A DNA stretch of 64,000 nt from NCBI GenBank assembly GCA_963798915.1, contig CAWCVB010000002.1, positions 608,001 through 672,000 on the forward strand, given 5' to 3'. Below, one piece after another: positions 1 through 9,360 of this stretch. How positions within the stretch are numbered: the stretch's first letter is position 1; every line of letters starts with the position of its first letter. A program made the position numbers and the translations under genes. The stretch comes from an uncultured Gemmatimonadales bacterium. Its GTDB lineage: Bacteria > Gemmatimonadota > Gemmatimonadetes > Gemmatimonadales > GWC2-71-9. The notes beneath the pieces were generated by a model. That model searched no databases. It was not told the DNA's origin and saw nothing but the letters and a program-made list of their open reading frames with translations.

Positions 1-11
1 AAGCAGAGGAA

Positions 12-2204
12 ATGCTGCCGCTCAATCCGGAAGACCCCGCCTTCGTCGCACTGCATCGTGAGGCCCGCGCCCGGGCGGCCGAGCTGGGCCAGAAGTCCGG
101 CCTGCCCGAGGAAGTGGTCAACCAGGTCCTCGCCGGCGTCAATGAGCCGGGCCAGTTCGCCGACCTGGTGGCCGGCTACATCGACATTTCGCCGTCCCAG
201 CGACAGAGCCTGCTCGAGACCCTTTCGGCTGAAGAGCGGCTGCGTCGTGTGCTGGTGCATGTGCAGCGCCAGATCGGGGTGCTCGATGCCCAGGAGGACA
301 TCAAGTCCGCCGTTCAGGAAGAGCTGGGCGAGCGCCAGCGTGAGATGTTCCTGCGCGAACAGCTCAAGCGCATCCGGCAGGAACTGGGTGAAGACGAGGA
401 AGGCGACGAACTCGAGGAGTTGAAGGCCAAGATCGAGGCGCTGGACCTGCCCGAGGAAGCCCGGAAGGAAGTGGACCGGGAAATGTCCCGCCTCGCGCGA
501 ACCGGGCGCGAGAGCATGGAGTCCCAGGTCATCCGGACCTATCTCGAGAATGTGGCCGAGTTGCCGTGGAACCTGCGCAGTGCCGAGCACCTGGATCTCA
601 AGGAAGCCCAGCGGGTCCTTGATGAGGATCACTACGCCCTGCGTGACGTGAAGGACCGGGTGCTCGAATTCCTGGCCGTGCGACAGTTGCGCGAAGCCAA
701 TCGCGCCCGTGAAGCCGAAGCCGAAAAGGATGACGATAACTCGCCAGCCGACGTCGTGACCGGTGGAGAAGAACCGCCGGTGGCGACCGCCACCGTACCG
801 GAGCCCAATCGCCCCGCTCCCGGAAATGACGACGACAAGGGCGCCAAGGGACCGATTCTGCTCTTTGTCGGCCCGCCGGGTGTCGGCAAGACGTCCATCG
901 CCAAGAGCATTGCCCGCGCCATGGGCCGCCGCTATGTACGGATTTCCCTTGGCGGCGCGCGTGACGAGGCGGACATCCGCGGCCACCGGCGCACCTATGT
1001 TGGCGCCATGCCTGGCCGGATCCTGCAGGGCATGAAGCAGGCCGGCACCAAGAACCCCGTCTTCCTGCTGGATGAGGTGGACAAGCTCGGCGTCTCCTTC
1101 CAGGGTGATCCGGCGAGCGCGCTGCTCGAAGTGCTGGACCCGGCCCAGAACGATTCATTCGTGGACCACTACCTGGGCGTGCCGTTCGACCTGAGCGAGG
1201 TGCTCTTCATCGCCACCGCCAACTTCATCCAGAATATTCCCGGTCCGTTGCTCGACCGGATGGAGGTGGTGGATTTCGCGGGGTACACCGAGCGGGAAAA
1301 GCACGCCATCGCACGGCAGTACCTGATCCCGCGCCAGCTGCAGGAGAACGGGGTCACGCCCGAGCAGCTGGAAATTACCGACGACGCCCTCTCCGAGGTC
1401 ATCACCGGCTACACTCGCGAGAGCGGGGTGCGGCAACTGGAACGGGAGATCGGGCGGCTGTCGCGCAAGGTGGCGCGCCAGATTGCGGCGGGCCAGGTGG
1501 AGCGGCTCTCGGTTGACAAGGAACTGGTGGACGACCTCCTCGGCCGTCCCAAGGTCCACCCGGAGAAGATGGCCGGTACCGATCAGGTGGGCGTCAGCAC
1601 CGGGATGTACTATACCCCCACCGGCGGCGACATCATGTTCGTCGAGGCCAGCACCATGCGTGGCAAGGGCGAGCTGGTGCTCACCGGCCAGCTGGGCGAC
1701 GTCATGAAGGAGTCGGCCCGTGCCGCCTGGACGTACGCCCGGTCACACGCGGCGGCGCTCCGGATTCCGGATGAGATGTTCGACCGTGACCTGCACGTGC
1801 ACGTCCCGGCCGGCGCCATCCCGAAGGACGGCCCGTCGGCCGGCGTCACCATGGCCACGGCGATCGTCTCGACGCTGTCCAATCGTCCGGTACGGCATGA
1901 CATCGCCATGACCGGCGAGATCACGCTGCGAGGCCGGGTGCTGCCGATCGGTGGCGTGAAGGAGAAGGTGCTGGGGGCGGTGCGCGCGGGGATTACCAGG
2001 GTGATCCTGCCCAAGGAGAACGAAGCCGACCTCGAAGACCTGCCGGACGAGGTTCGCCAGGAGCTGGAGATCTCGCTGGTCACCAGCCTCGGCGAAGTGC
2101 TGGCGCTGACCCTGCGTGGAGCGTCATTCCGCGAGGGCCGCCTGCTCTTCGGCAACGAGAATCCCCAGGACGTGGCTCCGCTTGCCATGGGGTATCCGCA
2201 CTAA
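12..2204 (+). CDS. lon: ATP-dependent Lon protease (5' part lies outside the window)
   Basis: Walker [17 protein letters not shown], catalytic PKDGPSAG and GGVKEK; frame is open to the window edge. Confidence 0.97.
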   Translation: MLPLNPEDPAFVALHREARARAAELGQKSGLPEEVVNQVLAGVNEPGQFADLVAGYIDISPSQRQSLLETLSAEERLRRVLVHVQRQIGVLDAQEDIKSAVQEELGERQREMFLREQLKRIRQELGEDEEGDELEELKAKIEALDLPEEARKEVDREMSRLARTGRESMESQVIRTYLENVAELPWNLRSAEHLDLKEAQRVLDEDHYALRDVKDRVLEFLAVRQLREANRAREAEAEKDDDNSPADVVTGGEEPPVATATVPEPNRPAPGNDDDKGAKGPILLFVGPPGVGKTSIAKSIARAMGRRYVRISLGGARDEADIRGHRRTYVGAMPGRILQGMKQAGTKNPVFLLDEVDKLGVSFQGDPASALLEVLDPAQNDSFVDHYLGVPFDLSEVLFIATANFIQNIPGPLLDRMEVVDFAGYTEREKHAIARQYLIPRQLQENGVTPEQLEITDDALSEVITGYTRESGVRQLEREIGRLSRKVARQIAAGQVERLSVDKELVDDLLGRPKVHPEKMAGTDQVGVSTGMYYTPTGGDIMFVEASTMRGKGELVLTGQLGDVMKESARAAWTYARSHAAALRIPDEMFDRDLHVHVPAGAIPKDGPSAGVTMATAIVSTLSNRPVRHDIAMTGEITLRGRVLPIGGVKEKVLGAVRAGITRVILPKENEADLEDLPDEVRQELEISLVTSLGEVLALTLRGASFREGRLLFGNENPQDVAPLAMGYPH

Positions 2205-2368
2205 GGCTGAGAGCTGAAAGCTGAAGGCTGAGAGCTGAACCGTTATCTTCGCACGGCTTTCAGCCTTCAGCTTTCAGCTTCAGCCTTCCCCTTCAGCCTT
2301 CAGCCTTCAGCCTTCAGCCTTCAGCTTTCAGCTTTCAGCTTTCAGCTTTCAGCCTTCAGCTTTCAGCC
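2204..2368. repeat. Inverted heptamer arrays (RRGCTGA x5, then GC(C/T)TTCA x~16) between convergent genes
   Basis: Read directly; the arms are reverse complements around a ~17-nt spacer; probable bidirectional terminator-like hairpin. Confidence 0.9.
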
Positions 2369-3891
2369 CTTAGCCTCTCTTCCAACTCCTCCACACTTCC
2401 CACATCCGACCCGAGCGAAGCACTGACCAGCGACACCCGAACCGGCATCGTGTCGCCATCACGTGCTTCGTAGGGATGGTCGGCGAGCATGCTGTGCAGC
2501 TTGGCGGAGATGACCTTGGCGCCCTCCGGCGCCGAGCCGCGAAGCACGATCTGGAAGGTGCGGCCGCCGCGCCGGCCCACCAGGTCGCTCTGGCGGACAG
2601 TGGCGCGGATGACGGCCGCGGCGTGGGCGAGCACCCGGTCGCCGGCGGAGTGACCGTGGCGGGTGTTGACGTCGTTCAGGCCCTCGACGGTGGCCAGCAG
2701 GACGGTGAGCGGTCGATTGTCGCGCCGCGCCAGCAGCACGGCATGATCCAGTTCGGCCCGGAACGCAGTGTCGTTCAGCGCACCGGTCAGGGGGTCCCGG
2801 CGGATGAGTTCGCGCACCCGCCGACCGCGCTCGGCGCGTGCGCGAAGCTCCTGCACGGTGGCGGAGGTGAGGCGGGAGCCGGTCATCACTTCATCCACCC
2901 CTTCGCGCAGCGCGGCCAGTCGGTCCTCGGCGGAGACCGCGCCCATCAGCACCACGGGTACCGACACGCAACGCGGATCCTGTCGCAGCAGCCGGGCCAG
3001 GGCCCGGCCGCCACCTTCGGGCAGCCCCGACGAGGCAACCACGATGTCGGGCACCGAGAGATCAAGGTGCTGTCGGGCTCCCTCGGTGGAGTCCGCCCTC
3101 CGCACTTCCATGCCCAGGCTCGCCAGTCCTTCGGCAATGACATCACCGCGAGACTGATCTTCATCGGCCAGCACTGCGACGAACCGCGCCGCGCTGGCCA
3201 GGACCTGACGCTGCGCCAGCCTCGCCAGGTCGCTTGGCGCGCGCTCGGCCGGCAGTACCAATTCGGCGCCGGCCACCGCGGCCCGCAGCCGATCCACCGG
3301 CACGGTGTCCTCGACCAGGACAACGGTGCGCGGGACCGGTGCGGCAGCGGCACTCCACGCGGCGGCCGCACCATACACGCCCGGTCCGCGAGCGATGAGC
3401 ACGACGATCTGCGCCGATTCCGGACGGGCGACATCGTCCGGGCGGGCATCCGCCGGCAGCGATCGCACCGAGAAGCCGGCGCTGATGAGGATCTCGCGCA
3501 GCTCCTCGGCGAGTTCACCATCAGTGCCGGCCACGACGGCCAGCCGGCTGCCCGACTCACCTGCGGCGGCCCGCAGCAGCTGCTCAGCCTCGGTGAACAG
3601 GATTGCGAGGCGATCCACCGCATCATCGAGCCAGTCGGCGTCGGCCGCCGCCGGAGGAGGTTGCTGGGCAAGCCACCGCTCTGCCTCGCGCGCCGCCGAA
3701 CTGATTTCAGGAAAGCCGTACGAGCCGCCGGAACCAACCAGGCGATGAAACCTGGTCTGCAGGGCCGCCAAGGCCTCGGGATCCCCGGATCGGTATCGAT
3801 CGCTGTCGGCTCGGATTTCGGCCAGGCGGTTGCCACCCTCAGCCAGGTACTCGCGCCGAAGCTGGTCAAAGGCCTTCGCAAACGGTTCCAT
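2356..3891 (-). CDS. Hpt-REC-REC-GGDEF protein with degenerate cyclase site
   Basis: Hpt FHRLVGSGGSYG; receiver-like segments; RDPLTGALN; RQSD...GGRTF in place of GGDEF. Confidence 0.85.
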   Translation of the reverse strand: MEPFAKAFDQLRREYLAEGGNRLAEIRADSDRYRSGDPEALAALQTRFHRLVGSGGSYGFPEISSAAREAERWLAQQPPPAAADADWLDDAVDRLAILFTEAEQLLRAAAGESGSRLAVVAGTDGELAEELREILISAGFSVRSLPADARPDDVARPESAQIVVLIARGPGVYGAAAAWSAAAAPVPRTVVLVEDTVPVDRLRAAVAGAELVLPAERAPSDLARLAQRQVLASAARFVAVLADEDQSRGDVIAEGLASLGMEVRRADSTEGARQHLDLSVPDIVVASSGLPEGGGRALARLLRQDPRCVSVPVVLMGAVSAEDRLAALREGVDEVMTGSRLTSATVQELRARAERGRRVRELIRRDPLTGALNDTAFRAELDHAVLLARRDNRPLTVLLATVEGLNDVNTRHGHSAGDRVLAHAAAVIRATVRQSDLVGRRGGRTFQIVLRGSAPEGAKVISAKLHSMLADHPYEARDGDTMPVRVSLVSASLGSDVGSVEELEERLRAES

Positions 3892-4580
3892 CAAGCCAGC
3901 CCGCTGAGTTGCCGGAACGCGAGCGTCGCGGCTGCCACGATTGTCGGCGCCGCGCTCCAGTGACCATTGACGTCGCCCGCATGGCGCGAGGCAAGCAGCG
4001 CGGTTCGCTGGTCCACGACGCCCACAAAGGGCTCGGCTGGCCAGCTGCCGTTGGTGGGTTCGACCTGGTGGATGTCGGCAAATTCCAGCGACGCGGTCCC
4101 GGCACTGGCGAGCGAGAGGTTCACGCCCTGCGCAGCGGCGCGACGAAGCGCCGGGCCAAGGATGGGATATGCGTCACCCGGCGCAAGCAGGAGCACGCTC
4201 GAGGCCGCCCGCGCGATGTCGTGTGAGATGAGCTGCAGTGCGGCGCGTGGGGAGCTGACTTCGACCAGGGTGGGCGTGTCGGGCAGCGCCGCACCGGCCA
4301 GGTCCCGCGAGAGGCGGTCCAGCGCGGAGCCATGACGGCTGGCAATCTGCGCCATCAAGGTGGCAGCAGGTTCGGCGCGGTATCGCTTCGGTCGACCCGC
4401 ATCCGACCGCGCCGCTCCCTTCTGCACCAGCGCTTCAAGCGCCGCATAGGCGTTGGCACGGGCGAGCCCTGCTCCGCGCGCTATGGCGTAACCGGTCCCG
4501 GGCCCGCCCGTGAGCAGGATCCGGTACACCAGGCTCTCAGTGGCCGTGAAGCCGAAGGGAGTGAGGTCGAGCGTCAACAC
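3891..4580 (-). CDS. TrmB-family transcriptional regulator
   Basis: N-terminal wHTH FGFTATESLVY...TGYAIARGAGLARANAYAALEALVQKG followed by an effector domain. Confidence 0.85.
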   Translation of the reverse strand: MLTLDLTPFGFTATESLVYRILLTGGPGTGYAIARGAGLARANAYAALEALVQKGAARSDAGRPKRYRAEPAATLMAQIASRHGSALDRLSRDLAGAALPDTPTLVEVSSPRAALQLISHDIARAASSVLLLAPGDAYPILGPALRRAAAQGVNLSLASAGTASLEFADIHQVEPTNGSWPAEPFVGVVDQRTALLASRHAGDVNGHWSAAPTIVAAATLAFRQLSGLA

Positions 4581-4610
4581 CGTACCGCGCTTGCTGGAGA
4601 GAACGAGGGA

Positions 4611-5717
4611 TCAGGAGTAGCTCAGGTCCCAGCCCAGCACCCGGGCGATCAGGGCGAGCCGGAAGGTCACATCCGCCTCACGTCCCTCGGTGTTCCGGGT
4701 GTCGGTCGCGAGCGGAAACATGTGATATGTAATCTTGTGCGTCGCCTTGGGGAGGGACCGCAGGTTCTTCGGGCGCCAGACGCCATGCTCATCGCAGTCG
4801 GTCAGGAGGCGCGCCAGGACACGTGAGGCCACCGGCGCCCACGCCAGCGCGCCCATCCGCGCCATCAGTTCGATGTAGTGCAGGGCCAGCGGGATGTCCT
4901 TTGCGTTGCCTCGCGCATCGGCCGCGATCGGATCTCCCAGCAGGAAGTGCACTGGGCGGACACTTTTCTTGCCCAGCCTGACAGAGAAGGCCTTCTTGGG
5001 CGCGGGCTGCGCCAGATAGTGGCCAAGGCGCTCCGTGAACCCCGCGCGTTCACGCTGGAGTGCCGGCATCGCCGCAATCATTGCCACCGAATACCAGCTG
5101 GGAGGGCAGGCGTCCGGATGCAGCACGGTGGCGCTGCCCGAGCGGATGAACGGCTTCTCGGCCAGTGGACTCCGAAGAAAGGCAGAGACCGCGCTGGCGA
5201 CGCGGTGGCCCGCGCCGCGTAGGCGCGGATCATCGGCATAGCCCGCTTCGGCCAAGGCACAGGTGGCCGCTTCGCGCTCGGCCTCCCGGGCCCAGGCGGC
5301 GACGGCCGGCTCGAGCTTGGCCGCCTTCTGGTATTCAAAGAGGAGCGCGGGATTCTCGTCCCGGGTGAGAAGCCGGAACAGCACACGATCAGCAAGCTTG
5401 AATGGCCGGGTGCCGCGGGGCCAGGCCAGCTCGACCAGGCGGCGATACTGCGGGACGGTGCCGACATCCTTGATGTTATCGCGCGCCGAGGCCGCCAGAC
5501 CCAGGATGTTCTGGCCCCAGATGCCGGTGGCCTTCTGCTTCTTGATGACCGCGAGGGCCGGTTTGCTCTGGGTGATGGCTTCATGAGCGGAGTCGACCGC
5601 GGCCGGTTCGAAGGTGCCGGGCGGGGCCAGTTCCGTCATGGTTCGATACCGGATCGACTCCCCGCCATGCTGTGTCAGCCAGGAGATCGGAATCCGATGC
5701 GCGGTCGGGAGTTCCAG
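4611..5717 (-). CDS. Hypothetical protein, possible alpha/alpha-barrel (QW-like motifs); probable CTG start
   Basis: Track ORF 4611-5639 extends in frame (ELPTAHRIPISWLTQHGGESIRYRT) to CTG at 5717, 6 nt after GAGGG; QKATGIW and DEHGVW motifs. Confidence 0.65.
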   Translation of the reverse strand: MELPTAHRIPISWLTQHGGESIRYRTMTELAPPGTFEPAAVDSAHEAITQSKPALAVIKKQKATGIWGQNILGLAASARDNIKDVGTVPQYRRLVELAWPRGTRPFKLADRVLFRLLTRDENPALLFEYQKAAKLEPAVAAWAREAEREAATCALAEAGYADDPRLRGAGHRVASAVSAFLRSPLAEKPFIRSGSATVLHPDACPPSWYSVAMIAAMPALQRERAGFTERLGHYLAQPAPKKAFSVRLGKKSVRPVHFLLGDPIAADARGNAKDIPLALHYIELMARMGALAWAPVASRVLARLLTDCDEHGVWRPKNLRSLPKATHKITYHMFPLATDTRNTEGREADVTFRLALIARVLGWDLSYS

Positions 5718-5908
5718 CGCTATCCCTCGGCGTCATGGGTGGGTTGAATCGGGCGCAAGATACCATCCGCCACGGGGTTGCGCCACTCGGGGCAGGGACG
5801 GCGTTTCGGGTTGGTGCGTAAGTGATTACGACTGAAGACGTTAGAGCATGGTGTCCCAGGCTCTCGATTAGGTATGCTCCATCGACAACTGACTGACTGT
5901 CCACCCAG

Positions 5909-7555
5909 TCAGTTTCGCTTGATCCGCGCCTCGCCTGCCTCGTGGAATTCCGAGGACGGAGACCAGGTCGGCACCGCGGGCCTGTCTGCCACCATCAGTG
6001 CGGTGCGGGCAATGACCCGCATCTGCTGGGCCGCGCCAGCGTAGTCGAAGTCTGGCAGGACTTCATCGCTGGGCTGATGGTACCGGCTGGCGGTGTAGTC
6101 GTCGCTCACCTGCTTGGCATAGGTGGCCGGTCTCCCGACGTAGCGCGTGGGCCCCTCGAGCGAGAGGGCGGGCACCCCCGCCCGGGCAAACGGGAAATGG
6201 TCGGAGCGAAAGAATGCCCCTGTCCGAAGTGCCTCCGGGTTGACGGCCACGCTCAGACCCTCGGCGGCTGCAGCCCGCCGAAAGGTCGCGCCGAGCGTTG
6301 ACTGGTCCAGGCCAAGCGCGCCGACATCGCGGGAGGCGCCATGCAGGTTCATCACGTCCAGGTTCAGGACCGCCACCAGGTCCCGGATCGGCAGCGACGG
6401 GCGGTCGGCAAAAGCGGTCGAGCCCAGCAGACCCGCCTCTTCGGCCGCGAAACCGACAAAGATGATCGAGCGGTCCGGGCGCACACCCGCTCGAGTCATC
6501 GCCTCGGCCAGGGCGAGTACCGCGGCCGTGCCCGAGGCATTGTCTTCAGCGCCGTTATAGATCGAATCCCCGTTCACCGGCGTGCCGATGCCGAAGTGGT
6601 CATAGTGACCGCCGATCAGCACGGCCTCGGCCTTGTGCGGGCCATGGCCCTGAAGCCGGCCCACCACATTGAATGTCTCCGTCCGGCGCACTTCACTGCG
6701 GACGTGCGCGCTCGCCGAGAGCTCGAGCGGCACCGGCGTGAAGCCATGCCTGGCCGCGGCCGCCGTGAGGGAGTCCAGCCGTGGCCCGCCTCCCATGATG
6801 CCAGCCGCCGCCTCATGCGTCAGCCAGCCGGCGATGACCAGCGGACCACTCTCGCGCGCTACCCGGATCTGCGGGCCAGACCAGGATGAGGAGACGGTAC
6901 TCCACGGATAGGTCGCGCTGGGATCGGTATGGATCATCAGGATGCCGGCCGCACCCTGGCGCTCGGCCTCCTCGATCTTGTAGGTCCACCGGCCATAGTA
7001 CGTCAGGGTGCTGCCCCGGAAGATCGTGGAATCCTGCAGCCCGGGATCATTGACCAGGGCCACCACGATTTTCCCTTTGACATCCACACCGGCGTAATCG
7101 TTCCATTGAAATTCTGGCGCGACGATTCCATAGCCGACGTAGACCAGGTCGCCCTGCATGGACACGTCGGGTGCATCGTGCATGGACCAGAGCATGTAAT
7201 CCGACCGATAGCGGAGGGTATCGGTGCCTGTCGGACGCTCGATGGCGAGCGTGGGTGCAGGGGTGAGCGAGATGATGGGCACGCGGTGCATGTAGCTGCC
7301 GGAATCGCCAGCCGGCTCGAGTCCGAGTCGCTCGAACTCCGTCTGCAGGTACAGGGCCGCCAGCTGGCCACCGCGCGTGCCTGGCTTGCGCCCCTCCAGC
7401 AGGTCATTCGCCAGGAACTCGAGATGGGCCTGGAGGACATGACCGTCCACGGCTCGCGCCGCCTTGGCGGCATCGCTGGCTGGCTGCTGCGCCGGAAGCG
7501 CGGGCACCCGTGAGAGCAACGCCATCGAAAGGAACACCAGGGGCAGGCGAGGCAT
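5909..7555 (-). CDS. M28-family metallopeptidase with PA domain, secreted
   Basis: Signal peptide; GHYDH, GAEDNASG, AAEEAGLLGS, RSDHFPF, YHQPSD. Confidence 0.92.
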   Translation of the reverse strand: MPRLPLVFLSMALLSRVPALPAQQPASDAAKAARAVDGHVLQAHLEFLANDLLEGRKPGTRGGQLAALYLQTEFERLGLEPAGDSGSYMHRVPIISLTPAPTLAIERPTGTDTLRYRSDYMLWSMHDAPDVSMQGDLVYVGYGIVAPEFQWNDYAGVDVKGKIVVALVNDPGLQDSTIFRGSTLTYYGRWTYKIEEAERQGAAGILMIHTDPSATYPWSTVSSSWSGPQIRVARESGPLVIAGWLTHEAAAGIMGGGPRLDSLTAAAARHGFTPVPLELSASAHVRSEVRRTETFNVVGRLQGHGPHKAEAVLIGGHYDHFGIGTPVNGDSIYNGAEDNASGTAAVLALAEAMTRAGVRPDRSIIFVGFAAEEAGLLGSTAFADRPSLPIRDLVAVLNLDVMNLHGASRDVGALGLDQSTLGATFRRAAAAEGLSVAVNPEALRTGAFFRSDHFPFARAGVPALSLEGPTRYVGRPATYAKQVSDDYTASRYHQPSDEVLPDFDYAGAAQQMRVIARTALMVADRPAVPTWSPSSEFHEAGEARIKRN

Positions 7556-7558
7556 CGC

Positions 7559-8470
7559 TCAGTCTCCGGATCGGATGGAAGAGGAACTGCTGGCCGGCGG
7601 ACAGCCGCCACCAGCCAGGAATTGTCGCATGAGCGCAAGGACGGTGTCGGGTTCGGCCTCATGAGGCCGGTGCAGGCCGCGGCCCAGGACCTCCAGGCAG
7701 CTGGTGCGGATCAGCCGATGGATTACGCGGCCCCGCTCCAGGGGAATGGTCGGATCCAGTCGTCCCCAGATGAGCAAGGTTGGCTGTCGGATGGCTTCGA
7801 AGCGTTCACCGATGCCCGCAAAGTCAAAGTCGCGCGCGATGCGCGCAATGGCTGCACGAGACGCCGGATCAGTGATGGGATCGTAACGCAGTTGGGCCGG
7901 AGGCTCGGCCAGCCATGCCGGGTCATGGATATTGAGCAGGAGTGGCGTCGCCGCACCGAGCAAGGCGCGGGTCGGTCCCGAAACAGCCGAGGCCGTGGCG
8001 GAGAGACCGTGGCCGGCCGGTGAGATCAGGATGAGGCCGCTGACAAGGTCCGGATGCTGGATGGCGAGAGATGCGGCGAGTTCGCCACCCATGGAGTGTC
8101 CCACCAGCACCACCGGGCCGGATGCCTGATGGGCGACGAAATCGGCCAGGCGATCGGTCATGGACTGGAGATCGTAGCCGGAGTACGGCTTGCCGCTCAC
8201 ACCGAAACCAGGCAGGTCCAGCGCCACTACCCGGTAGTCCCTCGAAAGCGGATCGGCGACGGCACGCCACGCAAGCAGTGATTCACCATATCCATGCAAC
8301 AGCACCAGCGTGGTGTCGCCGTGGCCCAGGCAGACGCTGCGCACCAGTACGTCCCCGGCGCTGACCCACAGCGCCCGATGCGGCGGTGGTGCATGGCGCC
8401 AGGTGTCGGAGAGGCCGGTCACCAGCGCAAGCGCCAGGAGCAGTGCGGCAAGCAGCGCCGACCAGCTCAC
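7559..8470 (-). CDS. Alpha/beta-fold hydrolase with N-terminal membrane anchor
   Basis: LLHGYG, GHSMGG nucleophile elbow, C-terminal His; GTG start overlaps the upstream stop. Confidence 0.85.
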   Translation of the reverse strand: MSWSALLAALLLALALVTGLSDTWRHAPPPHRALWVSAGDVLVRSVCLGHGDTTLVLLHGYGESLLAWRAVADPLSRDYRVVALDLPGFGVSGKPYSGYDLQSMTDRLADFVAHQASGPVVLVGHSMGGELAASLAIQHPDLVSGLILISPAGHGLSATASAVSGPTRALLGAATPLLLNIHDPAWLAEPPAQLRYDPITDPASRAAIARIARDFDFAGIGERFEAIRQPTLLIWGRLDPTIPLERGRVIHRLIRTSCLEVLGRGLHRPHEAEPDTVLALMRQFLAGGGCPPASSSSSIRSGD

Positions 8471-9360
8471 TGGCCGGGGCACCGCACCAACCCGAGTCCG
8501 CCACGCATGCCGAAATTGTCTTCTGACGCCGTGACCAGAACATGGGCATCGAGCCAGGCGATCCCCTCGCCCTGTGGCTCGATCCCGAAAATGCCACAAC
8601 CCATACCCGCCTTGTCCGGAAGCAGGCGTCCACCCTCGCCCAGGCGGAAGAAGTAGACGGCGGTGTAGGTGCGCACTGCCACATGCTGCTGATCGGGAGA
8701 CAGCGCCGCATCGGTCACAAGGCGGGCGATGCTGCCTGAGGGAACGGCCAGAATGCCGAGATCCTCGGCGACAACGGCACGCTGGCGGTTCCACCGGCCA
8801 GCTTCGACATGGAACAGCCGGGATCCCGACTCAGTCTTGGAAATGATGAGGAAGGTGGAGTCGGGCAGGGCGATGAGCGACTCGGCATCACGCGAGCCAC
8901 CCGGGTAGGTCACGCGAATCTGCTCTGCTGAGGCGGTGCGGTGTGCCGGACGGCGAGGGTCGGGCTCGGGCACCCGGTAGATGGTCACCGAAGGCCGGCG
9001 CGCCGTGTTATCCCCGATATCGCCGATGAAGAGGCAGTCGCCAGTTGGGCAAGGGCCGGTGGCCAGCGCCTCCCAGTCTCGATTCTCGGCTCCGGTCACG
9101 ACCCAGCGCCCCCGGTCGGCGCCGGTAGTATCAGTGGCGTGAAGCACGGGCTCGGCGCCGGAGTCCTCGATGGTCCAGAGGAGCCCGGGATGATGGCGGC
9201 TGGCAGCCACTCCGGACGCCTCGGTGATGCTGGTGTCCGCGAAGTGTGCGAGTGACCGTGCTTCGATGGCCCGCGGGAGCTGGCCTTCGGCTTCCCGGAC
9301 GTGAATCAGGGCGCCGGCACTGGCAAGGATGAACAGTGCCCGCCGCCACCCCGGCATCAC
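8467..9360 (-). CDS. Secreted hypothetical protein, probable beta-propeller
   Basis: Signal peptide; EASGVAAS, DWEALA, IGDIGDN, RDAESL, QGEGIAW repeats. Confidence 0.7.
   Translation of the reverse strand: MMPGWRRALFILASAGALIHVREAEGQLPRAIEARSLAHFADTSITEASGVAASRHHPGLLWTIEDSGAEPVLHATDTTGADRGRWVVTGAENRDWEALATGPCPTGDCLFIGDIGDNTARRPSVTIYRVPEPDPRRPAHRTASAEQIRVTYPGGSRDAESLIALPDSTFLIISKTESGSRLFHVEAGRWNRQRAVVAEDLGILAVPSGSIARLVTDAALSPDQQHVAVRTYTAVYFFRLGEGGRLLPDKAGMGCGIFGIEPQGEGIAWLDAHVLVTASEDNFGMRGGLGLVRCPGQ

Noticed and set aside
2476..3963. Long antisense and alternate-frame ORFs throughout (also 19004-20134, 50307-51965, 54162-55553, 60193-61482)
   Set aside because: Expected shadow ORFs in high-GC DNA; no motifs, and they overlap well-supported genes
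5766..5908. Possible ncRNA or operator (GAGCAT...ATGCTC arms; CGTAA-N4-TTACG at 5817-5830)
   Set aside because: No recognisable riboswitch or RNA family motif; palindromes are too short to support a call
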